Shown here: in pieces, positions 24,943-38,928 of the stretch
Position numbering within the stretch: position 1 is the stretch's first letter
How the letters are laid out: the number at the start of each line of letters is the position of its first letter
Assembly (NCBI GenBank): GCA_951406725.2
Contig: OX597821.1
Span: forward strand, 32,984,001-33,048,000
DNA: 64,000 bases
Direction: 5' to 3'
Source: Octopus vulgaris
Lineage: Eukaryota
The notes under the pieces: model-generated
What the model saw: only the letters and a program-made list of their open reading frames with translations
The model's database searches: none
Told to the model about the DNA's origin: nothing
Translations under genes and position numbers: made by a program

Positions 24943-25490
24943 ACTTTCGAGTGCTACTGGTAACATGTAATCCAGTACAACCTGTTGCATGGTTGGGTCG
25001 TCGGCGACTAAACCGGCAACACCACCAAGCTTGCTTGGTGAGGAGAGTGTTTATTGGACACCCTGCGGGATGGAAAACAAAACCCGTTAAAGGGCGGAGG
25101 AACTCTTGAGAGTCAACGGCCATCCAATAAATGTCTTAGGGCTGTATCATGCGCGGGGACATAGAAATAATCGGACTGAATACCCGATCGCGCGGTTAAG
25201 CCATTGGGAATGAAGGACTCCTAGCCTTTGTTAGGGCATCCTTCAAGGAGAAGGTAACTCAAGTAACTGGGATAATTCCGACATAAAACCTGCGGCTCAG
25301 TGGTTATCGATGATGTTGACTTGTTCTTCTTTTCGGATTATGGCTACTGTTGCTTAGTGAGTGGGATTGACTCAGTGCACACAGCCTTTCCTCACTTTAA
25401 AAAAATCTTGCACATGCATTGCACGATAACAACATTGATTAAGCTTCGTGCAATGGCCATACTCGATAACGAGGGGGAAGCCACCATGTA
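24943..25490 (+). mobile_element. RTE-derived bipartite non-autonomous element (5' UTR + 3' tail) ending in (TGTA)n
   Basis: agggcatccttcaaggagaaggtaactc resembles the conserved RTE 5' UTR motif; 3' hairpin cattgcacga...tcgtgcaatg; relatives at 55144-55720 and 60926-61110. Confidence 0.65.
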
Positions 25491-25923
25491 CGTATGTATG
25501 TATGTGTATGTATTTGAGCATATATATAGATATCAGTGGAGAATGCAACACTCGGAGTGCTCGGGCTTAGCCCGTGTATAAATTTAGTAAAGTAAACGTG
25601 TATTTGCAAGCTGATTTGATTTCTGCCAACACTGGCTTCAAGTATGTAATTGCAGCCAATAACTCGGGCTCCATTTATTGAGCCTGGTCGCAGTTCATTT
25701 ATTTTCGTTCACGGTCTGTCGGTCGTCAAAAATATTATTCGTAGCAGAGGTTCTTTCGATACTGTTCAGACGCGCCTGACTCGAACTCAGAAGTTACTGC
25801 TCGAGTTGTTATCTATAATCGCAAAAATTCAAATTTATTGAACGCGCGAAAAATAATTCTCTTGTGGGTATGCAATTATCGTTAAAATTACTATTAATAA
25901 TGAAGACCCAAGAGAGATGTAAA

Positions 25924-25986
<63 letters not shown>

Positions 25987-26226
25987 CACGTGTGCAAGCG
26001 TGTGCGTGTGTTTATGTGATTTTGTTTTTTGATTTTTTTAGTTCGTCACTGTGTAATATCTGATTCTTAACTCCGAACTTCTTGCAGTTTCAATCTGAAC
26101 TTGATTTCACTCACTATGTATAGAATGTCTAGAAGCATGGAAACACTGTAAGCACTTATTCCTCTTCACTTGAATCGTATCGACGAGGAAAGAAAACTGG
26201 ATAACGAATTTACTTTTAATATGTCA

Positions 26227-26654
26227 TCATATCTATAAAAGGGAGGATGTGTGTGCGTGTGTGTGTGTGTGTACGTAATTGTAATTTATGTACATCCACA
26301 AATAAGCACGCATGTCGCTCAAATTTTAGGAGGACATTTGTCAACATTCTATCTGGGTTTTGTCAACTTATTTTTTCCCGAGGCACCCTCGGATAGGGTA
26401 AAAATCTATTTTCAACCATAGCTTTTAACCATAACAAATATCAGCCATTACTTTTTGATGGCGCCTAACAAAAAAAAATAAGATAAAGAAAAGTGGAAGA
26501 AGGAGGCAGAGAGTTTCACGGGAAAGACAAAGTGAGAGAGGGAGAGACAGAGAGTAAATGACAACGTTCTTGCCAGCGTCTAACAAAAAAATAAGATAAA
26601 GAAAAGTGGAAGAAGGAGGCAGAGAGTTTCACGGGAAAGACAAAATGAGAGAGG

Positions 26655-26691
<37 letters not shown>

Positions 26692-27442
26692 TATTTCTTT
26701 ATTCACCATAAGGTTGAGAAAAAGAGGGGACAAAACAAACGTTGGGGTCAGTGTATCGAATGAGACGAAACATATGAATAAACAAACAATTAAAATATAT
26801 ACAATTAAATGAGAATGAGTGATTAACAAAAAATGAAGCGGAGGACGCGGTCGACCCCACAAACCACATACTCACACTGAAGACTTTGCTTTATCCTTTT
26901 TTACATTCTCGATTAAACAGGTTCTTTCACTCGCAACATACTTGCTATAGACTTCCATCTTTTACGAAACACACTTTGCGACAGGCATTTCTTCTCCAGC
27001 AAGAGAGAGAGAGAGAGTAAGTTATGACGTTCATAAAAAATAAAATGTAAAATGTTTTGTTTTTTTTGTTTTTGAAAGACACTATATTTTATAATCATAG
27101 TATAATATACTTTAGTGAAAATCGTGCGAGTGTTAATCTACAAATTTAACAACATTTTTTCCATTCATTTCTGTTTATGAACATGTATGCGTGCACAAAA
27201 CATGCAATAGGTGTACGTACGTAAGTGTGTGTATGTGTGTTCGTGTCTGTTGCCCATATATATTTATATTATATTATATATATATATATAATATATATAA
27301 TATATGTATATATAATATAACTAATTTCAACGGATTTCGCCCAAATTTGACGTCTATATTACTTAGTTTGGTTTGAAATAAAGAACTTGATTAGCTTAAT
27401 AATCGTAACTTAATCCCGGGCAAGGCCGGGTTATACTGCTAG
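26227..27442 (+). mobile_element. Non-autonomous Helitron with internal ~90-bp duplication
   Basis: 5' TCatatctataaaag, hairpin cccgggcaaggccggg (27415-27430), 3' tactgCTAG|T as in 14995-15511; duplicate blocks at 26461 and 26576. Confidence 0.78.
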
Positions 27443-27994
27443 TAACTCATAAAATATAGAAATCAGAAAACAGATAAGAATTTTCAGTAAGGATGGTATA
27501 TAGGAAATGAAACTGGATCTATCTTGCTTTATAGTTTAATACAGCTGGTTAAGGGGAGAAATGATAAACCTTGAAGTAACACAAATTAAAACGGAGAATC
27601 AAGACTGTTGAATATCAATGTTGCAGTGACGAACGGCACAAAGTGCAATATAATCTCTTAATAATCTGAAATAATGAAAACGTTTCGAATTTTAGTTGAA
27701 GTTTCCTTAGTTAATCTACATGAAGGACACAGCTTCCATTTCTCTTCCTCTTAGATAATTAAACTGTAAATTAATATTATGGATTACATTAAAATAATGC
27801 TATTAGATTGCAGGTAAGCAGGTGAGGCTTGTAGTCGAAAAAATTAGTTTATGCTGTCTTATCGTTGTAACTACAAAGATAGGAAAGATAAAATGCAGTT
27901 CAATGGAGTTTAAACTCAGAGTGTAAATAGGTGACAATAAATAACGTTTGACATTTAGTTCAGCGTTCCACTTCCTTTATATCTTCCTTTTTAA

Positions 27995-28590
27995 AACGAT
28001 AAACGTCGCCCTTTTCAAGCCTAGCCAGGCTCATGGGCCCGGTTTCCCGGTTTCTGTGACGTATGTGTTCCCCCCAGCTGGACAAGACGCCAGTCCATCG
28101 CAGCGTTACTCAAGAAAGAGGAAGAGAGAGTGAGAGAAAGTTGGGGCGAAAGAGTACAACAGGGGTCGCCACCACCCCTTGCCGGAGCCTTGTGAAGCTT
28201 TTAGGTGTTTTCGCTCAATAAACACACACAACACCCGGTCTGGGAATCGAAACCGCGATCCTCTGACCGTGAGTCCGCTGCCCTAACCACTGGGCCATTG
28301 TGCCTCCTATATATATATATTTATGTATATATAACGATAAACGTCGCCCTTTTCAAGCCTAGCCAGGCTCATGGGTCCGGTTTCCCGGTTTCTGTGGCGT
28401 ATGTGTCCCCCTCCACGCCAGCTGGGCGAGACGCCAGTCCATCGCAGCGTTACTCAAGAAAGAGGAAGAGAGAGTGAGAGAAAGTTGTGGCGAAAGAGTA
28501 CAACAGGGGTCGCCACCCACCCCCTGCCGGAGCCTCGTGGAGCTTTTAGGTGTTTTCGCTTAATAAACACACACAACGCCCGGTCTGGGA
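27995..28590 (-). mobile_element. Two tandem SINE family B copies, tail type 1 (V-domain-like)
   Basis: 27995-28307 and 28333-28590; reverse strand gcgatggactggcgtc...ccag, agaaaccgggaaaccgg. Confidence 0.88.
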
Positions 28591-28852
28591 GCTTCCCTTT
28601 TAGTTCAATGAAAGTGTCATGAGAACGCATTTCTCCTCGAAAATCATGTTGATGATATGTCAGTATTCCAATTCCATGTCATCCAAGTTCATGTACTGAA
28701 AATATGGCTAACCCCTAAGGGTGGATGCTACTGTAGTTTGTAGCCCCAGGAGGACACCTCCTCCAGCTGGCTATAGACACACTTTCTGTGCCCTATCAGT
28801 ATTTGCAAAGGGAAGCCATCCTTCCCGTCTTCAACTTATGATACACATGGAC

Positions 28853-28997
28853 TCGAGTTTAATTGCACATTGACTATTACTTTTCATCCTTTCGGGGCCG
28901 ATAAATTAAGTACCAGTTGTGTACTGGGAACGATCTAATCGACTGGCCCCCTCCCCCAAAAAATGTCGGGATTTGTGCCTAGAGTAGAAAAGATTAT
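28853..28997 (+). mobile_element. SINE family C 3' part
   Basis: tttcatcctttcggggccgataaattaagtaccagttg...gtgcctagagtagaaaagattatt. Confidence 0.8.
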
Positions 28998-30126
28998 TGT
29001 ATCTTTTCGTAGTTCTTTTTTGTTTTGCTTTGTTTTTTCCTCACCACCAATGTTTAGCTATACCAAAAATACTCTATCCGTTTCCATAAAGACCCCCGAT
29101 AACGTAATTTCATAGTAAAACAAACTACATGTTAATATGAGTTAACCCATATATTGATTTATTTATCAATTCTTGTAAAAAATATTCTTTCTAACCACCA
29201 GTCAAATTAGTTTAAACCTAGCCACTGACTCGCGTACTTTTCAATAAGATTTCAGTAACTATTATCGGTAGTTACAGAGGAAGTGGTGAGCAAATCGGGG
29301 TGCATCTTATAAATTAGCATGAAACCGGTTAGGTCGACCTACATCCAGAACAAATATTTATTCTTTACTATGAATAGGCTGTTGATCTGCACCTCCGGCA
29401 AACTGGGTTATAGAAAATATATCTTCGTCCAGAATTCCTGCAAAATCTCAAAAACCTAAGACTTATTAATTTAGTAGCTTACTCACGCAGTCATATTTCA
29501 AAACTTACCTGGTCTACGTTCCATTAAGAAACTAAGCAGGATAAAAATGGCAGATTTGAACTCCTATATGAGAAATGAAACCGAGGCAAACTAGCGACAA
29601 CCAATACTTTAATACCTGCTCGTTGCCATTGAGACACTTCGGGATGATATTTATTCCATACCATCTGTTTGTACTGATGCTATTCACACGGATTTTTCCC
29701 ACAAAGATTGTATGGATAACGCTTCAAGCAAGTAATGTTGGAACTGACGTTGAAAAATAATAAACAATAGAAGTAAAAGAAAATATCACGGAATTATTCC
29801 ACTACCGAAATGGAATGACATCCCAGGATTTCAAACAATACTATAATTTCCGTATTTTCTTCGTACAACCCAACGATCTGTTTTCTCGGTTGCTGTTGCC
29901 ATTGCTTGTTTTCATTCTTCTTTATAGAACAAAGGTTAGCTATAGTTCTTTCTCTTTATTTTTTTCAATTGCCAAGTAAATTTACCATATTCATTGGCCT
30001 TTTCAACAAATAAAAGAAATATATTGTTAATCTTATCTTTGACTATGTAGGTGATATTGAGTGGAGAAAATTGAAGTCACTATTTGTATAAATGTAGACA
30101 CACACATGCTCCGACAACAGATAGAT

Positions 30127-30239
<113 letters not shown>

Positions 30240-30248
30240 GTAGGTAGG

Positions 30249-30295
<47 letters not shown>

Positions 30296-30599
30296 GTAGG
30301 TAGGTAGATAGATAGATAGATAGACAGAGATAGATAGGTGATATATATACATATATATAAACATATATATACATATAGAGAATATATATTTATATATATA
30401 TACACATATAAACGTATATATACATGTATATGTATATGCATATGCATATATATATGCATATATATACATATACATATATATGCCTATATACATATAGATG
30501 CATATATATATATATATATATATATGCATGTATGTATGTATATGTGTGTGAGAGGTGCAGGTGGTGTGCATTTTCATATGTGTATGTATGTGTGTGTGC

Positions 30600-30675
<76 letters not shown>

Positions 30676-31184
30676 AAGTATATATGACCACGTGTACATT
30701 TTCAGCAAACTACAGCGATTTCGTAGCACGGATACCGGAAGGATTAACGTCTGTCTGCAAGATGCCAGCTGCTGGGCATGTAAACAAAGATGTATCGACG
30801 ACGTAAAACTCTTAGACTCTTTATTTTCATAACCATCACGAAAGCACGCTTTATAGCCAGCATGCGTGCGGGTATTTTATTCCAGAAGCTAAGAACAACC
30901 GGATGGTGAAGAGAGAAAGTTAGATGGAGAATAACAAATTTCTTAACTGTATGTAATGGCATCTGATACAAGCGAAAGGACAAAGAAAAATACATTTGAA
31001 ACGACAAATAAGAAGAGAAATGGAATGTTGATAAAAAAATAAATTTACACGAAAGAAGATTTACGTATTATGGTATGTAATAAAAAAAAATATTTTCCTA
31101 TCTACCTACAAATGATCATACTGTGTATGTATCTGTGTATGAATTAATCTCTCTCTTTCTCTCTCTTTCTCCTTCTTCCTTTAC

Positions 31185-31268
<84 letters not shown>

Positions 31269-31466
31269 AGAAAAACTGAGATTTAATTATGCTTATATAT
31301 ATATATTCAGATAGATAAATAAATAGATAGGTAAGTATGTATATATATACGTGTACATATATATATATATATATATCCCAAAACTATACACATACGTATG
31401 ATATACATGCATACATGCATACACACACACATATATATGTATGTATATATATATACATATATATAT

Positions 31467-31498
<32 letters not shown>

Positions 31499-31518
31499 TG
31501 TATGTATTATGTAGGTAT

Positions 31519-31678
31519 GCAGGCATGATTGTGTGGTAAGAAGCTTGCTTCTCAACCACATGGTTCTGGTTTCAGTCCCACTACGTAGCACCTTGGACTA
31601 GTGCCTTCTACTGCAACCACGGGCCGACCAAAGCCTTGTGAGTGGATTTAGTCGACAGAAACTGAAAAGAAGTCCGTC

Positions 31679-31680
<2 letters not shown>
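31519..31680 (+). mobile_element. SINE family A 5' module
   Basis: gtgtggtaagaagcttgc...ggccgaccaaagccttgtgagtggattt. Confidence 0.85.
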
Positions 31681-31718
<38 letters not shown>

Positions 31719-31721
<3 letters not shown>

Positions 31722-32132
31722 AACAGGTGGATTTGGATGAAGAGAGTCAGTAGAATATCCTCCACGTTCACCGGACCTCACACCACTAGATTTTTTATGG
31801 GGATGCTTACATGGTAAAGTTTACGGTATAAACTAGCAACATAAACGAGTTGAACAAAAATGCGCTCAAAATCCAAACGCAATGTTTCTTGATATTTGCG
31901 ATTCTATTGCTGCAGGTTATCAGCAGTGCTTGCACCAGAACGTTCAACGGTCTGGAATCAGAATAATTCAGCAGGTTGCGTGCAACCAAGGAAGCCCATG
32001 TGGAAGTCTTCAGCTATTTCTAATAAGGCTTTGTTTTTTTTTTTGTTTTTTTCTTGTTTTCCAATAAACTCAGTCGAGTTATCCATATTTTTTTAACTTT
32101 TCAAATTATCAAGCCAGTTTAAGGACACCCTA
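31719..32132 (+). mobile_element. Tc1/mariner transposon 3' remnant (transposase C-terminus + right TIR)
   Basis: NRWI...SVEYPPRSPDLTPLDFLWGCLHGKVY; ends ggacacccta followed by TA. Confidence 0.85.
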
Positions 32133-32137
32133 TATGT

Positions 32138-32231
<94 letters not shown>

Positions 32232-32234
<3 letters not shown>

Positions 32235-33590
32235 CTTTATTTATAAATTGAGGCTACCATCGGTTTCATGTTAAGAGAAGTAGGAAAATATCCTAGTGTC
32301 TTAACAATTTCTCAAGCCGATCATATGGCGAAAGGTAATCGCCTCCATTTTGGAAAACAGTCACGCTTCGTTCAAGGGATTTCTCGTAAATTCGCGTAAA
32401 TAAAACAATGAATCTATGAATTAAGGGACATCTTTTGGGTGTTTGCCTCCCTTGGATTTGTCTTTTGGGTCATTTTTTTTCTTTCTTTTGTGGTTAATTA
32501 TTTTGCATTATTTGCTTTTGTTCTGAGCATAGTGGTCTTCTACATGTGTGTCGAGGTAGTTCGTCATTGGGGCATATATCTTCTTTGTGTGAAGTTAGTG
32601 TGCTATGTGTGTTCACGTTTAAGAAAGGGGCTATCCTGATAGGGTTACCCTCATTTAAAGGGGGGTCTTCTTTGAAATATTTGAGTGCAAAATATTGCTT
32701 TATATGCAGGAAGAGAAGGTTTCATCCATAATGTTTATTATCTGTTGATTGTATAGTGCTTACTTTTTCAGTAATACAGAGTTCACATTAGGTACCCCGT
32801 CCTTTGTATTTTGGGGCTTTACAATAATTCTATCTGGGGGTTGCTTATTCCATCTTCTTTCAATGTCCATATCATATTTGATAGGGATGTCATATGCTTT
32901 TTGTTTTTGTCTCTGAATGATGCAAGATGTTGTGTATACCTTTCCTTGAACGAGTTGCCCGTCATTCCAATATACGTCTTTGCTATTCCATTGGGGTTCG
33001 TGATCTTGGCCTTGAATACGAGTTATTTCTCGAGACTGTTGTTGCTTAAAGGGCAGTGGTTTGGGGATTTGAAGTTGCATTGTCTTTCTGGGTTGTTTCT
33101 GCGGTTTATGTTTATTGTGATTAAGTGTTATTGACTCTATATTGGGAGGCAACTATAAGTAATTTTAACAGTGTTTCTGTTGAAGATCTAGTGGTATTTG
33201 TGTGAATAGGGAATTTTATATATGTTAGTAGCTACATTCATGTTGTAAGGTAGGTTGAACCATAAAATTTTCCTCTGCCTTCGTCTTCTTGTTCTATAAA
33301 TATTTACTATTCTTGAAGTTGGACTTTTCTAATGCAGCATTAAAATATGGAACGGCTTTTTCAAAAGTGTCTTTGTCGAGGGAGAAATTAGAAACCCGCC
33401 TGCTAATGTTGTTAACTATTAGCAGGCGGGCTGCTGGTGGGTGGTTGGAACCTATATCTATGTACGAGGCTTCCTCATTTTGTTTGTGGTAGGGTTTAAA
33501 TTTTCCTGTGTTAAGCTTCATGTTAATGTCGAGGAAGTTGACTTCTTTAAGGTTTGTACTAATTGTGGTTCTTAATATTAATTTGCTAAA
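32232..33590 (-). mobile_element. Penelope-like element remnant (RT C-terminus, linker, GIY-YIG, 3' UTR with hammerhead)
   Basis: EVNFLDINMKLNTGKFKPYHK, SNHPP, RKILWFNLPY, IFNRNTVKITYSCLPNI, YIGMT...FKERY...H in broken frames; AATAAA just before (TC)n. Confidence 0.88.
32252..32318 (-). ncRNA. Type I hammerhead ribozyme, C3U/G8A core variant
   Basis: Reverse strand GGC-UUGAGAA-A(U)UGUUAAGA...UCUUAACAU-GAAA-CCGAUGG-UA-GCC. Confidence 0.7.
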
Positions 33591-33593
33591 TAC

Positions 33594-33720
33594 TTAGCCA
33601 ATTTAAAATTTAGCCAATTAAGTAATTAGGCCTAAAATTTAGGCCAATTAGGTAATTAGGTCTAAGATTTAGCCCAAATTGGGAAATTAGGCCGAAGATA
33701 TAGCAAATTAAGCCTAAAAA
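33594..33720. repeat. ~30-bp degenerate quasi-palindromic tandem repeat at the PLE 5' junction
   Basis: aaatttag(g)ccaatta(a/g)gtaattaggcct repeated about 4 times. Confidence 0.7.
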
Positions 33721-33785
33721 TTGTATGCATGTATGCATGCATGCATACATACATTCATACATACATACATACATACATCCATCCA

Positions 33786-33819
<34 letters not shown>

Positions 33820-33858
33820 CATTACATACATACGTACGTACGTACATACATACATACA

Positions 33859-33889
<31 letters not shown>

Positions 33890-33892
33890 TCT

Positions 33893-34329
33893 TTATTCTT
33901 TTATTGCTTCACTTCTTTCAGTCACTTAACAGCGGCCATGCTGGAGCACCGACTTTATTCGAACAAATCAACTTATTCTTTGTAAGCCTAGTACCTATTC
34001 TGTCGATCACTATTGCCGAACTGCTAAGTTACGGGGACGTAAGCACACCAATAACGGTGGGGACAAACAAACACAAATACACACATGCACAAATATGTAC
34101 ACAGACACAAGTACAAACATAAATACACACACATATATATATATGTATATATATATATCTATATATATACGACGGGTTTCTTTCAGTTTCCGTCTACCAA
34201 ATCCACTCACAAGGCTTTGGACAGCCCGAGGCTATAGTAGAAGATACTCACCCAAAGTGTCACGCAGTGGAATTGAACCCGGAACCATGTAGTTAGGAAG
34301 CAAACTTCTTACCACACAGCCACTCCAGC
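33893..34329 (-). mobile_element. SINE family A
   Basis: Both modules present, moderately diverged. Confidence 0.88.
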
Positions 34330-34380
34330 GTCTCTCAATATATATATATATGTATTTGTGTGTGTATATATATATATCTT

Positions 34381-34411
<31 letters not shown>

Positions 34412-34421
34412 ATGTATTATG

Positions 34422-34471
<50 letters not shown>

Positions 34472-34519
34472 TATGTATATATATGTATATATATACATAT
34501 ATACATACATATATATATA

Positions 34520-34568
<49 letters not shown>

Positions 34569-34772
34569 GTGTGTGTGTGTGTGAATGTAAATGTATATTT
34601 ATGTGTATGTGTATGTCTTGTGCGTGAGTAAGCAATAAAGTTCAGCAGAAAATGACATTGATTTGATCCATTATGACTTTTCAATTGCTGTCAGTTTTTC
34701 AGCCAAATCATTTTATCTTAAATCGTCTTTAAGATTCTTGATCCAACCCAGCTTTCACTTATTGCGTCTTCC

Positions 34773-34786
34773 GTAACCATGGCAAC
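34773..34786. promoter_or_regulatory. RFX X-box consensus match
   Basis: GTAACCATGGCAAC in non-repetitive sequence; function not shown. Confidence 0.35.
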
Positions 34787-35136
34787 ACCCAACACATCTT
34801 TCGTAACCTTCATAAATTTGCAAGCTATGACATTTTTTTTTCTACGTCATTATTTATGCAATTTTTATTTTCACATTCTGTTTACATTATTTTATTTATA
34901 TCTATATAATGAACTTGTTTACGGTTGTCAGGTACGCTACAACTAAACAAAAAGTAAAGGTACAGGACATCAGGTACTGTTGGCGAATTTCAGGAAACAT
35001 GGAAGTTTTGAAGGATGTAGTGTCTCAACAGCCAACAACCGATGCAAGTAGCTTTTTCCATGCTCCAGTAATTTTGAGCATGAAAAATTGTTTCCAAAAG
35101 TCATGGATGCTATGTTGTTGTTTTTGTTTTGTTTTG

Positions 35137-35185
35137 TCCAAAGCCTTGTGTGGATTTGGTAGACGGAAGCTGAAAGAAGCCTGTC

Positions 35186-35237
<52 letters not shown>

Positions 35238-35255
35238 ATATATATATATATATAA

Positions 35256-35317
<62 letters not shown>

Positions 35318-35416
35318 ATTTATGTTTGTACATGTGTCTGTGTGCATATTTGTGCATGTGTGTATTTGTGTTTGTTTGTCCCCACCGTTATTGGTGTGTT
35401 TACGTCCCCGTAACTT
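35137..35416 (+). mobile_element. SINE family A internal fragment
   Basis: ccaaagccttgtgtggatttggtagacgg...tacgtccccgtaactta. Confidence 0.8.
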
Positions 35417-35816
35417 ATGTAATAGATTTACCTTAATGTGGTTTTAATGGTCTTAGAAGGAAGGTTATTCATACATCATAGCTCTGCTCAATATGGACTA
35501 TGATAAAACGAGGACTAAGTAATAATAGCCAAAATCATTTTGAAATATTCGTGTACAGTCATATTGAACACGCTTGAGGACATTCAGACGAGGTAAGACG
35601 TTTGTCGCAGAAATATCCGCGGAAGAAAATTCGTCTCTTTGACGACCTATTTGAAATCACATAGGGCTGTGAAAGGTGTCATTGGATCGTAGGACTCATG
35701 TGTTTCTACGTTCTTTCGCATCAAACACCAAAGCTACGAACACTAAATCTGTCATTCACAGCCCGATATGAATGAATTCGTTCTTATAAAAGAACAGTGT
35801 ACAGCACGGTAACTAT

Positions 35817-36426
35817 AGGTGTGGCTGTGTGGTAAAAAGTGTGCTTCACAGCCATACGTGGTTCTGGGTTCAGTCCCACTTCGGGCAACTTGGGTCTGTG
35901 TTTTCTACTATGTTTCTGAACAAAGTAAAGCCTTGTGAATAGATTTAGTCGATGGAAGCTGAAAGATGCCCATCGGGTTTTAGCCACTAAACCTTTTCTC
36001 TCATCATAGGCGCAGGTTTGGCTGCGTGGTATGTAGCTTGCTTACCAACCACATGGTTCTGGGTTCAGTCCCACTGCGTGGCACCTTGGGCAAGTGTTTT
36101 CTACTATAGCCTCGGGTCGACCAAAGCCTTGTGAGTGGATTTGGTAAACGGAAACTGAAAGAAACCCGTCGAATATATGTATATATGTATATATATATAT
36201 GTGTGTTTGTGTATATGTTTGTGTGTCTGTGTTTGTGCCCCCAACATCGCTTGACAACCGATGCTGGTGTGTTTACGTCCCCGTATCTTATCGGTTCGGC
36301 AAAAGAGGCCGATAGCATAAGTACTAGGCTTACAAAGACTAAGTCCTGGGGTCGATTTGCTCGACTAAAGGCGATGCTCCAGCATGGCCGTCAAATGACT
36401 GAAACAAGTAAAAGAGTAAAAGAGTA
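35817..36426 (+). mobile_element. Degenerate SINE A head (35817-35975) followed by a full-length SINE A (36009-36426)
   Basis: Matches 3329-3720. Confidence 0.88.
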
Positions 36427-36977
36427 AACGAGCACATTTGTTGATGTGTTTTCACACATGTCATCTAGGTGGAAAAATTTGGTGGGGTATCATTTCTGCA
36501 GCGCAGGTCTTATTTTATTAGGTCCGAGTGTACTCAAGTTTGTTAAATATCACTGAATATGAATATGAATATATTTTCAAATGTATAGACAGGTTCTCTA
36601 CTCGAGGGTCACCTCAACATTCTTTGTGAGTAAATGTTTGCTGGGATTTTGATCGGGCATAGTACCAGGCATGTGTGAGATCGTGATTAACTGTCGACAT
36701 TTAGAGACTGCATAAGTGTTTTTCTTACATCGCACTCTGAACGACATTTAATTTTACATGCATCAATTTACGTCAATTGTATTTAATTTAACCTCCAAGT
36801 TCCTAGACTTTCTATTGCAATTGACTGTTTCATTATGAAGTGAGAACTTTATATCTCTAATCTGTTTAAGACGTCGGGAAATTTCTTCTGTAAAGTTCCA
36901 ACGACTTTGTTTAAATATTGTTCATTTAAAACGGCACCTTCGAACTTTTGTGTGAAACACTCATCCAATATGTGTAC

Positions 36978-37075
<98 letters not shown>

Positions 37076-37102
37076 ATATGTATGTATGTATATGTATGTA
37101 TG

Positions 37103-37161
<59 letters not shown>

Positions 37162-37254
37162 GTGTATATATATGAATATATGTATATGTATGCGTGTATA
37201 TGTATATGTATGTATGTATATATATATACATATATATATATGTATGCATGTATG

Positions 37255-37296
<42 letters not shown>

Positions 37297-37812
37297 ACCA
37301 CAAAAAAGACATTTAGACATATCGACACTCGTCACAAACACACGCACATACGCAAATACGAATAAATGGATCCGTCATCAGTTTCGCAGATAAGTATTCA
37401 GTTCTCTGATCAACAAAGCTATGTATTCGTTGAATTACAGCCCAAGTGACTGAATATTCAACAGACATCCGTATCTTAAATGTAATCTATGTGCTCTATA
37501 AATGTGATATAGCCGGATCTTTGTGTGACATGGCTAACCCGTTGTTGTAACAGGACCGGCCCATTGAATTACAGCTAGAGTCCACTTGACAGGTTTCTTC
37601 ACAGCTTGACTTGAGGCTAAGCTAAAAGACAGTGAATCACGATGTCATGCAACGGAATTGAAACTAAAACCAGGATCTCGTGATTGCAATCTGAGCCGAA
37701 TTCCTTGACCACTCAGCTATATTTGCGTTTCAAAGCAAACTCACACAACACACATATAGTGACACTTAGGTAGACAGACACCCACACAATAATACATACA
37801 AACACACACCCG

Positions 37813-37865
<53 letters not shown>

Positions 37866-38894
37866 TCTTACTCATTTTCTCTCTTTCTCTCTCTATCTCT
37901 CACATGCACGCCACACACACGCCCGCGCGCATATAAATATTTATCTTGTTTTTTAAAAGAAAAAAAGCTTATAAGAAAATCTTTAAACATGAGGAATTTT
38001 CATGCAATTTCCGTTAGAAAATTATAGGCTTTATTCAAGAAAATAGTACACTTGATTTATATACATATTAAGATGTTTGGCGGCGAGAAAGGAAAAAAAA
38101 GTAGCCAAAGCGAAAACAAAATAGGAAAAAAAGCCATTCACTTAGAAAGGAGAAAATATTTGATTAAAATATACTTGGAAAGTAATTCACCTGTTATCAT
38201 TATTATTCCTTGTTTTAGTTATATTTTCTTTCCAATTGCTTTCCTTCTTTGAAAACAAACAGATTTTTTAAAAATAAAAATAATATAATTTCTAAAAAAA
38301 AGTTTGGCTTTACTTCGTAAGTTGTCAAACTGTTTCTATGGCTACACACTTCCATTATTATTATTGTTGTTGTTGTTGTTGATGTTGCTGTTGTTATTAT
38401 TATCTTTGATTTTTGTTGCTGTCTGTTTAAAATAACTAACGAGATATATTTTGTTTTAAATATGTTACATTTTTACGTCTTATATTACACTTTCCTGATA
38501 TGTAATAACATACAAAATAAATTTGCCGTTAGTGCTTCAGAAGAGAAAAAAAAAGAAAGAAATATTATTATACAAGTAAATTAAAACAAAAGAATAAAAG
38601 TAAGACCCCACACACACATACACCAAAAAAAAAAAACATACAAGGAAATATATTTATAAATCAAAACATTTAAAATAGAAGATGATGGAATTTATGCAAA
38701 TGAAGCCGTATGAAAAATGAAGTTCCTTATTGATTTTTCAACGAGAGTATCAGCTTCAAATTTTATTAAAATCAATATTAGCATTTTATTTATATTTGAT
38801 ATGTTTTAATATCAAACTACAAATGCATATATACATATTCATACGTCATACATAGATACATATAAACATACATACATATATGTATGTATGTATG

Positions 38895-38928
<34 letters not shown>

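Noticed and set aside
29280-29340. gaaaccggtta resembling a hammerhead stem III
   Set aside because: No matching core or stem II upstream.
29521-29880. Possible host exon in unique sequence
   Set aside because: The frames I translated are short and gave no recognisable protein motif.
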